Of a stretch of DNA of 64,000 nt, positions 13,319 through 26,900 are shown piece by piece; position 1 is the first letter of the stretch; the number at the start of each line of letters is the position of its first letter. The position numbers and the translations under genes were made by a program. This DNA is from Tubulanus polymorphus (lineage: Eukaryota; Animalia; Nemertea). The stretch is from contig NC_134026.1 in assembly GCF_964204645.1 (NCBI RefSeq), forward strand, positions 29,050,150 through 29,114,149. The letters run 5' to 3'. Under the pieces are notes generated by a model. That model worked only from the letters and a program-made list of their open reading frames with translations. It was not told the DNA's origin and did not search any database.

Positions 13319-14404
13319 CAAATCTATATTTGAAATTTTTTAGGATTTTGAATCTTAAACAGAATTTCTTGTAAAACGTGTATAGTAGGAAGGAATGTAA
13401 CAATGAATGTTGTTGTTGTGGTTGAGTAATAGAAACAGATGTTTCTGTTAATAGCTTCAGAATCTTTTAACTACCAGAATAAACCACCGACTGATTGAAT
13501 ATACTATTGACTGATGTGTAGCCTTCAAAATAAACAGATTTAAAGTGAAATTTACATTGAAATACAGATAGGTTAGCCAAGGAATTTATATCTCATTCTT
13601 ATATCACACATTAGCCTACAGTGGACAGGAATGATAAGAATTATATCTAGCCCTATAACAAATAATAGGAAGGTTTTATAGTCGCTTACCTTGTTATTGA
13701 AATTAGTACATGGATAGGCTTCTGTCTAAATTTACACAACATTCAGTTGGATAAACAATGATTTATAGTATTTTTTGTACTACTACAGATTTGTTCATAT
13801 AATGCGTATCCATTTTTCACTGCTGTAACGTTGCACATTGATTTTGCTAAGTTTTTTTTTTGCTTGAGTAAATATTGTTTCCACTCAGAAGAGTCTGGTG
13901 CCGAGTAATTTCCTGACACGTTGTATATCTAAGGCTCAATGCTCATAGAATGTTTTCAGGGGATTATTGAGTTATCTTTGTCCTTCGTACTCCATTGATG
14001 GTCAGTAATTTCGTGATGATCTTTCATAGATCTATTCTGGTTATAGTCGTAGTTATTCGGTTTCCTACATTTCCTCACAGGTTAGAATAACTTCAAAGTA
14101 TTTCTTTCATCATCTCGATTTCATCTGATTTACTGTATCTGTCTCTACTTCTGTACAGCTAATTCGAGAATAAACATAGTTTTATTTTTCCGCTGAAATA
14201 TGTAACAGTATTCGCTGCTTGTAACTGATTGGATGTAGGTTGATAATATTCATGTAATAGTTCATCCGATGAGGGAGAGTTGCATACATGGAACAGTCTG
14301 ATTTCACAATAGGTTTCATTACCGAACACCTTTGTCGTTGTCTTTGTGTCGCTGGTGAGCTAGTTGAAGTGGAATCAATCTTTTGTTCTCATCCAGTTAA
14401 TCTT

Positions 14405-14484
14405 CGAGTGACAGAAATAGCTGTCTCACTCTCATGAGGTTCGATTACGAGTGACAGAAATAGCTGTCTCACTCTCATGAGGTT
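14405..14484. repeat. Local tandem duplication of a 37-bp unit (43-bp period)
   Basis: CGAGTGACAGAAATAGCTGTCTCACTCTCATGAGGTT occurs at 14405 and 14448. Confidence 0.85.
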
Positions 14485-17400
14485 TGAGTTCAGTTCAATA
14501 ACGGGATATGTTTATTCTGATATTGCTGTAATACGTGTGAACACCAATGCATGACGTGTCCATTCATGCATTTCTATTGTATATCAGGAATTCATATTTC
14601 ATTGGAATTGTCTCGTTTTTCATACAGATTCAGACTGATGAAATAAGATGATTTCCCTCTGTAATATTCTAGACTAGCAGATGATTTTAGATAATGTAGA
14701 AAATCCCATAAGAAATCCACAGAAAGATGAATAGAGAGGTTTATACTTCATAATCCTGTTGTATTCGTAAGGATAATAAAGTCGAAACGATGAATACATT
14801 ACTAAATCAAGGAAACGTTTTTGCCTTCATTTTTTCATTCTTAGTGTGAGATTTTCTATATTATGGTAGAATTATGGTGTTTCATCAATGATGGTTTCAC
14901 TGCAATGTTTATGATTCTAGATGATTAAATTCTGATAAACCTGTCACTTGTATCCACGATTATTATATCTAACGCCGGCCTACTTGAAGAATTGTAAGTG
15001 TTTAAATGACTCAGCTCAATTATTGTATTGTGTCATTTACCTAAATGATGGAGGGTTCTTTAGTGTCTGCTCTTAACTTTCATATCTACTACTCTGCCAT
15101 ACTATTAGCTCTTATATCGTCCAATTGCTATAAAACATACATTTTAAAGTGGATATTGCGGCATATGCCGCGTAAGGATCATTAAAATGCTAAACATTGT
15201 TCATTCCAATGAATCTTTAGTGAAAGTTTTACAGTTTCCCTAGTGTAGCCTACATTGATCGCGTGTGGATTATTGAGATGATGGTTTGGTGGAATTTCAC
15301 ATTGGAATTCCGGCGTTGTGCATGTATGTAGATAGACCTGGGTATGCATCTGAGGGAATATCAGTTCTGACAGACTGTCGAATCATTAAAAAACATTCTG
15401 TTCATTCTATTAGACATGCTGAAAATATCCTCCACGCTCTCAATCGTATAGGCCTAGATAAAAAGCTTCTATTAGATATGTGTTGTTTGTTGAGATACGG
15501 AAGAAAAATAAAATGATGCTCAGTGATATAACATCAGCTAGAGGTTTATTCCGAATCCAGGTGCATCATCTTTCATCTACAGTAAATTGCTTTTTAGATG
15601 AGTAAATTTTCACATGTTTCCACCATTGCTCGTATCGAAAGAGACAGGTATATAAATACACTACAAACTCAATCCTCTGATCGAACCGTATAAAAAGTAC
15701 ATAGAATTGAGGAAACGCTGATGCATTTATCCTGAGTTGTATATATCTCCCAAATGATGTCCATGAGAATTTTGTGTGTTCGAGCAATTAAATCAATTAC
15801 CATATATTGCGACTCCCAGCAGTCGTTCAGTGAATAAACTTCAATATACATCAACTTACACCAGTCCCAGGAGTCACTCTACCCTCCCTTTATATAACAT
15901 CATTTCCAGCATGTGAGTGACTGTTTATATATGAGCTTTCTGTGGTCCCTTCACATTTCTTAATGATCTCAGTGGGAGAATGAGAGGGTTAAGTAGTTTT
16001 GTATCGGACAACCGAGACAGCTGATCGTTGCTGTATTGCGGCATCATTTGATTGATTAACGGAATCTGTTTATCTGACAGAAATTACATCCGATATCCAA
16101 TATATAGCGTTCCTCATTGTTTACCGTAAACCTATTGTAATCTACGTTTGATGATTAAAATCGAATTCCTTTCCATGTTTTCAAGGACACGGAATGGAAT
16201 CTTAATTAAAATTCTTGAAGATATCGACTTTACAGAGCATACTGCCTCCAGAGACATTGTGCAGTAATTTGGAAGGTGTTCAGAATATTGATATTACTAT
16301 TTTGTGAGTCATTTTCCGGGGCTGTCAAATTTTGATCAGATGGTTGCGATAGATCGGACCTAATAATGTGACGTGGTTGAGGGGACACTGCATATGGAGC
16401 TATTTGTGTAGAATGTCTTGTAGAATGTTCAGTATGTAGGGTTGAATGAGAGTGAAGTGTCAACTGAGTCACTATAAGCCACCAGTTGCTTGATTTATCT
16501 GCGTAGGAACTTTGAGTCATAGTTCTCACTTCACTGATAAAATCTTTTTCATTATTAGTGATGTTCGCTTGTGGCGGCTGTTTTCACCACAAAATCTAAA
16601 GACTACCTAGCAGCGTTATTGTATAATAATACAGAAAACAAAACAGGTGTTCAGTTAAGAAAATCAGAAGTTTCTCGTGGCATTTATTTATTTTCTTTCA
16701 CGCGTCGAAATGATAAACCAACTGTTTTCCGAGGATGGTATCTTTCTTTCGAGTGTATCAAAATATAAACCTCCCTCTGGTGAATGATATGATAGTTGAA
16801 TGTCATTCTGTCTGAATACGTTGACTGTTTGAACCGGATGTCCCTTAATGATAGATGATATTTATCATTAATCGTTGTCATGGAAATCTCTACGTTGTTT
16901 TCAGCCCACATACAGTCATCGGATAAGTCGTCGCATTGCTTAAGTCATGTTACTTAAGTCGTCACATTATTTAAGTCGTCATTGTCTTTGAGTCGCGATT
17001 AGTATTTCCAAATCATTTTTCTAAGAGTAAGTCGTCATATGATGGTCGTTTCGACTACGACGACATAAGCGACTTAACGCTTGACCGGATGAGAATCGTC
17101 GGTCGATCGATACAGAAATATCGTCGTCACGAGACGGAGAACGGTCTCCGGATATCGAGCTCAGTGTCACCAGCGCTGCGGCATCTGCAATTTGCCGTCG
17201 ACTGTTAACACTTGAGATTAACAGCGATGATACTTCATTGTTGACTGAACGGTCGTGAAGTGTAAAATCTGGCGACACGATGAACAGCGTGTTCGGTAAA
17301 TGTCAATGAGCGATGTCTTCTAGTTTGTAATACTCATATTCCTCGGTGCACATTTTCCGATATAGATTGATTTTACTACTAATACCTAGTCTGATTATCT

Positions 17401-18283
17401 AATAGAATGAGTCATCTACGTCTACCCCATATAGTCTGTCATATCCTAATTTCATCGTAATTGATTAGAAGCGATTAGTTGTAATTCATGCACAGATTCT
17501 ATGTCGGGACTGTTTTTTGTTGTTATTTAGCTGCAGTATTATGTATAGTATAGCGAGATATGGGGGCTATAGGGGCAGCTGGGGTCATGCGGGCAGTAGA
17601 ACCATTCATCAGGTCTTTATTTCATTTTCAAAAAAAAATATCCTTTTTTTCTCGTAGTCGGGAAATATTTTCTGTTTAGGCCCCGAGGGTTCAATAAGGC
17701 TAGGGATACAATCCTGAACGGATTATAAATATATTTCGCTGTTATGACTTGTTTTCTCGGTGAGTTCGCTCGACTCGAGGTTTCGTCTCTGTAAGACATT
17801 AAAGCTCCGGGTTATGATGTGATTATTACCTGTAGATAGTTCGAATTAACTCTATTAACCGTACATATCGGTGGCATGTTAATGAGATATTTCGACTCCA
17901 CCTGACTTGTATTACATGAATCATGCTGATATACCAGTTATAAAGCTCGAATATAAACCAGGAAGCTTTTTATTCTGACGCACTGTTTGATATAAACACC
18001 ACTGACTATACGCGCTAAAGGTCTGTTTTTTGATGTTGAGATATATATATATATATGCCTATTATTTGGGGTGTTCACTTAACGGAGCAAAGTTTAGTAA
18101 AGATTATAGTGTTCTCTGTGTGTTACAATCATATAGAGTGTGATATTTGATTTTTTTCGTCGGTAATAATATTTGATTGCCAATCCTGATAATTCATGTA
18201 GTCGCTGTCTGGTTGGTTTAACGTGTTTACTGAGTGTTGATATATATTTCGTTTACATTTCAGCTGCATGTGGCCCTCCAGTG

Positions 18284-21200
18284 ATGGGCAATTTACTGAA
18301 AGTTCTCTCCAACAAGGAGGAGAGCGTGAAATTCGATGTATTCGTCGACTTTGAAAGTAAGTTATGAAAACCATGATTCACATCGGCTTTTCCTCCATCG
18401 ACTCGAACTTTGAGTATTCATGTGTATACACTGTGTACATATAGATATCAGATTATTACAGATTAGAAAATTCAAGGGAAATTGTTGTTATTGTATAATT
18501 CTCGTTTAATGTAAAAGGTCGAATAATGATTTCCGGATTTCCCCAACTTCTGTTTGCGAGTAACAGGTATTTCTTTGTAATGAAGTGTTATAGGATGTAT
18601 TGAATAGTTACTTATAGAACTGAACCCGTACAATCGGCGTGATTATTGCTAGAATTACATACAACTTTATTCGCTACAATTCATCGTTTTGCGCTTCTTT
18701 TGTTTGAACGAATACCGCGAGAAATTGAGAAATAATTGAACGATTTGCGAAAGTGTCGTGGCATCAATTTCGGCGTCGTTACCGCGAACAGTTGAATGAC
18801 TATTGAAGTAAATGCAGTTTGTCGGATATTCCTATTTCGATGGCTTATCCACTTTCCCCGATACTGAAACAGAAATTAAAGTAGGCGTTATTTATCGATC
18901 TCCGTCAAATATAGACGGCGACTTGATTTGATGAAAAATTCATGGCGAATATTTCTTCGTAATGAAAGAAGATTGTCTCGAGGGCAGATATTCACCATTT
19001 CACATCTATAAACGATTTGTTTCTTATCCAATTTGTGTTATATGTTTCCTATAGGCTAGAAATAGAATCGTCATCTTGTACGAATATGAGTTCATGTAAT
19101 TTGTCTTAAAAAGGTTGATGTTATATTTCTGACTATTTTACAGATTGTAAACCGACTGAGTCTGAGATTGAAGTTTGGGAACAAGTTGAAAGTGTACTTA
19201 CAGAAGCTCTAGATATTCTCAATGATTTACAACACTATAAAGGTGCTTCCAATGAAATAAAAGATGTAAGTTATAGATAAGTATTATAGTGTTTAAATAC
19301 TGCTATGTATTAAAGGATATGCGTATAAAACTGATTGTTGTCAATTTATGATTAAATGTATTACAAATAATTGAGTAAAATTGTTAGTACGGATTCTTAA
19401 TTTCAGGCAATATCAAATCCAAAGAAAGAAGAACTACAGGAGAAAGCTTGGCTCGTTGTGTTTCCATTGGTTTCCAAGTTAAAACGATACTTTGAATTTT
19501 CGATACAATTTGGTAAGACTAAGAGCTGATGTTGATATTGATACGACCAATTCCACTAATTGAGTCTTGTAATGCCATCATGTTCGAATCCCTGCCAAGG
19601 GAGCATGTGTGTACTAGGGCAGGGGTTTGTGCTGTGGTGGCCTCAAGATGCCATTTAGGTTTGAATACCTCCTGGAGGAACTGCGAAAATGGACTCGTGG
19701 TTTAATGTTAAGTTGATATTGTTTTACAGAAAGTATTATCAGTCAATTGCTGGGTGTCTTATGTAATAACGAAATGACTTCCAAGGAACATTTAGAAAGT
19801 CAACAGGCTCTGTTCAAGCAGTTTGCTCAAATATTGGACTTTACGATGAAATTTGATGATCTGAAAGTAAGTTTATCGGAATTTACATCTCGGGCTGATT
19901 TTGGAGATCAGCCACACTCAAACTACGTCATTCAGAATGTTCTTGATTTAGTCCGTCAAACTAACCAATAATATAGTTCCAGGTCGGTTCTAATGTAAGA
20001 AAGTGAATAGGAACTTTCATTGCCTGTCAATCACAGTATTGCGTTAAGCTGGACCAGTGATTCCAGCTGAATGAAACAAGCGTGTGAAAGCACAGCATTG
20101 ATTTGGCCCATTCCTTGTATGGGCCAAATTTGAGATGACTAACATAACTAGCAATAGTGTGAACACGGCTATATTTTAATGAATTATTGATGAACACTGA
20201 TGTATGTATTGCTGTTTTCATTTAGATGACCATTCCCGCCATTCAAAATGACTTCAGTTTCTATAGACGAACTCTTAGTAGAATGAAAATGGCTAATGAG
20301 GTAAAAAAAATCATTCCTGATAAGTTCCTTGTATGGGGTCTGATTGCTGGAAGATTTAGTGTAAACAATGATTTTCAATTTCTACATTAATAGGAAGAGC
20401 TACAGAATTTAGTTGTTTCAAATGAAATGGCTAATCATATGTCATTGTTCTATGCACACGCGACGCCGATGCTGAAAGTATTAAGTGACACGACCACTAA
20501 ATTTGTTGCTGAGGTTAGTTGATTTTTATTCTCCATGTATATTTGGATCTACGCACATTTTGTAACCAGATTCAATTGCACAGTTGTAGCTTATGACATG
20601 TTCTATGATTGTGGCCAGTTTCAAGGTAATCAGTTTATGTTCACCTGGGGCATATGATATTGAAATTGTCAGATTGTCAAGCTTCTTAAGTGCCTGTGTG
20701 GGCATGGTGTTCCTGGACCCTAGTTATTTAATGTAATATTGTATTGCTGTAAGCTCAAACCACACTTTCTTTGATCTCATTTCAGAATAAAGATTTACCT
20801 GTACAGAACACAACTGACTGCTTAAGTACAATGGCGAATATTTGCCGAACTATGTTAGAAAATCCGTAAGTTTCATGTATGTCAAGAATTAAGTCAGGCT
20901 AATAGCCAAAGGGGTGCGATTGGTGGGAACAGAAGCGCAAGGTCCACATTTTTCCAAAATACTACCTCTTGAATAGAAATTTTTTCTTAGCAATGAGAAA
21001 TACTAGCAAGGTCTAGTGAGTGACTACAGTGAATGACTTCTATTGACAATTTTTTCAAGAAAATTAGGGAGCATTGTAGCCTCGGGCACTCGTCATGTCC
21101 ACTTTCATGATTAGGACAGCGTTATGGTTACGTAAGGCTTGTAAGATTTGATCGTATTTACAGGAAATACAGCAGTCGATTCCAGAATGAAGAGACGTAT

Positions 21201-22289
21201 TTGTTCTGTTTCCGAGTTATGGTTGGAGTTATAATATTATACGATCATGTCCATCCAGTCGGAGCATTCGCCCGATCTTCTAATATAGATGTAAGTGTGT
21301 TTTGATCTCTATTTGTTCAGATGGCAGCACTTTATGAGAGATTTAATCCGTGCTGCCACCTCTTATTTATGAATTGAACTATTAGAAAGCATGCCTTGCA
21401 CTTTCTGTTTTTGTATGTGTTTATAGATGAAAGCTACAATCAAATTGATTAAAGATCAACCAGAACAAGGACGAATGGAAGCACTGCTAAATGCATTGAG
21501 GTAGGAACTAGATTTTCTATATGTTATAGAATTTAGTTTGTTCTTATACAGGCGTCAGTCAAAAACCTGAACCCCATCTCAACCCCGTCTGAGCCATTTG
21601 ATATTTCTTCATTCACCATACATAAGGCATTCGAGCAGGATTCACAAGCTAGGGGGTAGTTGTGAGTCAGGCATACTACCATGATAAGATTTTAGCCAGT
21701 TCAAATGCGCGCATTCAATATTTGTAGCATTTTGTGTGATGATGACGTCATGTCAAAACACAGTCCCATGTTTCAAATGGTACTGGAATACAATGGTGAT
21801 TAAATTGTATCCAAGTCCTGACAATGTCACTTTGCGTTTTTATTCTCACATTTGATTTTTATACGTACATTCGATTCGATCAAATTACGAAAATTAAGGA
21901 CTATCATTTCGTAAGGGAATCGATATAAATACGATATAGTGCAGCAAACAACAGGCAAACCTGTTATCGAATACCAGTTGTATGCAATCGTATACGTGAG
22001 ATGGAGGTCTCAGGTCTTTTATTGACGGCTGCATTAGTTTAGTCTACTATTTGCTGTTTGTACACATAGGGTATAGGTGCGATATCATTAAGCAAGTATT
22101 ATTTTCTAAGAAATGAAAGTAATATTTGATGTAAATACGTTTTTAGAATCATAGACTGTCCGAGTTGTTTCTATTAGGTGCACGATGATGCCGCGTTTGA
22201 CAAGGTTTATTTATTCTTGCAGATACACGACTAGACATTTAAATGATGAAACTACGTCTAAAACTATCAGAAATTTGTTACAACTGTAA
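18284..22289 (+). CDS. CYRI: CYFIP-related Rac1 interactor (FAM49/CYRI; co-ortholog of CYRIA and CYRIB)
   Basis: About 10 coding exons: [24 protein letters not shown]...[26 protein letters not shown]|[21 protein letters not shown]...[15 protein letters not shown]...[19 protein letters not shown]...[27 protein letters not shown]. Confidence 0.96.
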
Positions 22290-23867
22290 ATGATAACGAT
22301 ACGGTTGTTTCGTCGTTTATACTGCTTAGTGAAGATTGCAATAGTTATCGATATAACGTTCGAGGTAGAGTCTTCGGATTGATGTGAGCGCGGTAACGCT
22401 CATACGTGCAACGTTCGGATTATAAATCATATAACTTGGATTAGAAAACGCGCATTCGCGAAAAATTCGGATTTACATATATAATTTATCGACATACGAT
22501 GGATCGCGCTTTACGGTGTGGTGTTAGAAACTGGAATTAATTCTCAAGGATTTTAATGGTCACAATTGACTTAACTGACTATAAGTGATTCCCGATGATG
22601 TGACAGACCTCTCCAGCCATTACTCGGAGATATCAATGAATTTTCATTCATTCGTATGCGAAAGCAGATAATGAGACCTTAAGTTTCTTAATGGTACTTC
22701 ATGAATTTTTCGGTAGAATGAAATTAAAAGATGATTGTTTGATTCCCAATCTCTTAAAAAAAAGAATGTTTCATCTGTGATGTTCATAATTATATGAATA
22801 ATTAATTAAGCGGCAGTTTTGAAGGGTCACTCATTGGTGCTCGCTCGAGCGCTTAGTTCTCTTAAAGCTAATATCTGATATAATATAGACACTTGCGCCA
22901 CCTATAATTTGTCTCAATTGGCAGCTTGTTTAAGTTTATGAATGAATTATAACCTGATTTGTTTGTTGTGAAATGATTGATATTTCTTCTGGTTCGATGA
23001 TTATGTTTGTATGATTTCGTGGTGGTATCTCACAGTAACTGTATCTGTAGCTTTGTGAACTTTCTTTCTCTCTTTCTGAAATATTTGATAAGTCTTATTA
23101 ACGTTTGAGGCACCGCTTGGGTTTATCAATTGTGTCAAACTTTGAATTTAAAGTCATTTGCTGAGCAGCAACGCGTTAGATACATATCGATTTAGATAGA
23201 GTAGCTTTGATGAATGTGTTCATTCTTGATCTCGTTAAAGTCTTTAAAGTCTTCCTGATGGCTTTTCATGACATAAAACCCTCTTTTCTTCCAGCTTAGT
23301 TCTTTCTTTGAGATGTCGCCATGAATCTGATTGAATTGTCAATTACGTTGTTGTTGTTCTGTGAACTGTGCTAACATGTTTTATACGTTCGTTTAATTAG
23401 TAATATTTGATTAAAAATCGTCTAAAAATCGGGCATTCAAAATATATCTATCGACTGTTATGAAATGTCCGCGTGGGAGGTGCTGCCATCTGTTAACTCG
23501 AAATTAAACTATGCTTCACTGGCATCATCGATCTACACAGTTATATTTAATATGATGATTATAATATCTAGCATAATCTTGTTTCTTAATCTGCATTTGT
23601 GGAAGATTATTGTATACCGAATTGTTGTTTGACGACCAAATACTAGAAAAATCTTACGTATCAATGAAAAATATGTTTGTAATATGCAAGACATGACATA
23701 CACTTCCATAGTGTATAATAGAGAGGTTTAGTTCCCATCTGAATTGCTGAAAGTTAAAATATTAATAATATGATATTTATAATTATGTGTTGTATATTTG
23801 TGATAATGAGTTGTAATTATTATTATTTATATATTCTGTCAGTTTTTTTTGTACAAATCTTAATGAT

Positions 23868-23907
23868 TAATAATAATGATATGATAATGATGATGATGAT
23901 GATGATG
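23868..23907. repeat. (ATG/ATA)n microsatellite
   Basis: Run of atgatgatg... in the probable CYRI 3' UTR or flank. Confidence 0.7.
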
Positions 23908-26900
23908 TGGTGGAATGATTTTATCTCTTCATCTCACGCGTTTATTGATCATCGATTATTCGTCAAGGCCAGTATTTATGTAAAGATTGATTTATTGGTG
24001 TGAAGTAGTGACATCTGTCTTGGACCTTCGGAACTAAATATCCAGTAGTGCACATAACCCTATCGACCGAGGTTACGCGGTCATGTCCTGACAGTCAAGA
24101 GAGTTGAAAATGACACTGTTCTCAAAAGCTATTGGAAATATCCCCAGGACTTGATTGATTGAGCTTTGACCGATAAAAGATGAACAGTTTATTGTTATTT
24201 ATTATCTACAATAAACAATCCAAACCGACCAACAACACAACATTCAAACCACATGAGGATTTAATGTGGTTGTAAAGTGCAGAAATTGCTGTGCGGTTTT
24301 ACTATAAACCAATGATTGATATGCCTTCATGTGAAAGACTACTGTCCATTGAAACTGTGCCTAGAGAATCTAAAGTGACACATAAAGCTGTCATGAGGAA
24401 AGAAGATTATCCATAGAATATGTTGAACTGTCTACGGAATTAACCATTAATAGTTGCTACATGTATAAGGCTCTGGTCATGAAGAATACATGTAAAATTT
24501 TGCTGATTCTTTTTTGAGAGAGGTGAATCCCCCCCCCCGTCCCCGTCCCCTACGGAAATGAAGTTAGATCAGTTATTATAATCAAGAGGAGACTGATGTA
24601 TTATAATCAAGAGGGAACTGATTAATCTAAAAACTCATTTATTTCCGCATAACTTTTCTTTTTATTTATTCTGCTTTCAAAAATTGATTTTATCTTCTCT
24701 TATCATATTTGTTTGCGATAAAAATATGTTTAAATCCTTTAAAAAAAGTGAGTAACCACATGTTTTTTTCAGATCATGTTTCCCAACTCTGAACGATTCC
24801 TTGAAATATTTGCTTTCAGAGAATTGATTTAACGCAGGTGAAATTATTTAGTATTATCCGCGAGCCTTATTCGTGCAACTTCTGAATGTTTGATGTTTGA
24901 AATAGGAGATTTTGAATAAATAACCAGTAAAGAGGTGGGAGGTGGTTTTACTGAGAGGTATTGTAGAGGTATCTTAGACGCCTGGAATTCTGTCATATTT
25001 CTATATAATGATTGATTCATTCATTGTGTTTATCTTCCTCATTGTATATTTCCATGTAAACGTTGAAAAAAACACTCTTCCGCCTGTTATGTAATTTTCC
25101 ACAATCAATCCTTTAACCGGGTCTTCCACTTATTTCTTTGCGCCTCGAAATCGATACAAATGAAGTGATATTTTTTACCGTTGTTCGAGTGTCTCGTTAG
25201 AATTCCGGAATTTCAAAGGAGCGTGTTTTGAGAAGTCTTTTGAAGGCTCACTGTGCCAGTAGGTCACCTTTATTCGAGGTTCATAGTTAAGACTGATTTA
25301 TTAATATGACCTCGGTATTAATACATTCACCAAGTGATAATACTGTCTATGATAAGTATTTTAAAAATGAATTGAATATCGGGAATGATATTAGGTCATT
25401 TTTCTCGGGTTTACCTCAAGTTAGATTGAAACCATGAAATTTTGTCATCTGCATTCATAGCATTGGGTTTTAGTTAGGTAGATATCATGTTGTTAGTAGC
25501 TCTCTTTGTCTAACTGGTTATGACATTGATCTCGAAACAAAAAAATGATGCGATGGAAGCTGGAATTACTTGCGTATGATTCACACGCGTCACTGAACCA
25601 AAGATGTAATGATTCAATCATGACTGTAGCTGCTGTAACTGTTTATTTCTACGTAATTATGACTGACGTGAGGGCCTGATTATCCTATAACAAAAAACTC
25701 TCGCGATTGTTTGTGGTTTCGAGGCGATGAGCGAGAATTATGTCATAAATATTGATTCTGCGCTGCTGGAATTTATGACTGCCATCCGATTCTTTGTAAA
25801 TCATATTTTTGAACCTTTTACCTCACCTCCGTGTGTCTTCAATGATAAAGGAATGATTTACACTAGTTTTGGACTCTGTGGCTTCTGTATTTCTAGGAAA
25901 ACTTACTGAATACGAGTACTCGAATGAAGATAATAGTTTTTACTTGCCCTGATTAGCGAAATCGGTAAAGCTTTGATGATAGGTTATTTTAGTTCTGGTT
26001 ATCAGGAAGATAATTTTGAATTTTACTATAAAGACCCATTGACAATCCGATATGACTCACGTTATGACTGCTAACTCAAACTCAACTTAGGTTCGCTTGA
26101 AGATAAATTATAAATTGATAGTTTAATTGCATGATGCATGCGTTTTGATGATCCTGGTTTTTCCCCAGAGGATAACGGTTTCTAAGCTCCGAGTGTAATG
26201 AGCAGTGATCTTGGGAATTCAGCAATTAACTTTTACAATTCATACGTAATAAATCACTAATAAGCATAAGTGCACTATTAGGATAAATCCTTTGGGATCT
26301 GAATCCCGTCCGAAGAAAAAAAATTTGATAAACAGGGAATCTTTGATAGAGCATATATTTCTCAAGCAAAAACCAAAAATCCTAAAATGCATGGGTTGTG
26401 TTAACCCGCATGTAAATCGTGTTATCAGCTGATTTTTGAACCCACCCACTGTCGCCATGCCTCTTGCGAGATTATCTTCATTCTGGCATTCAGCCAGATC
26501 ATGTTCAATGAACTTCCAGACTGTCCTTGGGTTTTATCCGTTTTACAACTGTTCATAAAGCTCAATGTAAAGCTCAACGCTTCGCTAACTTCTAATGTAG
26601 CTTTAGCGAATATTGTAATAATGATATGAAAAACTAGTTGTGATATGTACATTCCATAGTACGTGAATTTTTGGTTGAATGCCAATTTGTTGGATGAACA
26701 GTTGAATGAAGTGAATGATAATATTCAACCATCCATAGGATCCTCCTCGAATGAGCTTTGATCATGCAGTCTCAAATTACGACAGGATTGTCATCGGAAA
26801 GGTCAATCGAATAGTTGAAGTACATTCTTCATCTATCTGTGCGCAGATTTGTGTCTAATCCCACTGGTCTTAAACTGTTCCCATCAGGCCACGAAGCAGG

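Noticed and set aside
25275-25315. Hairpin as a pre-miRNA
   Set aside because: Short and AT-rich, with no recognisable mature miRNA; more likely a MITE remnant or chance.
26270-26560. Degenerate LINE (L2/CR1-like) coding fragment; a similar hint lies at about 44950-45200
   Set aside because: Only a vague motif resemblance with many stops; it cannot be supported without a repeat-library search.
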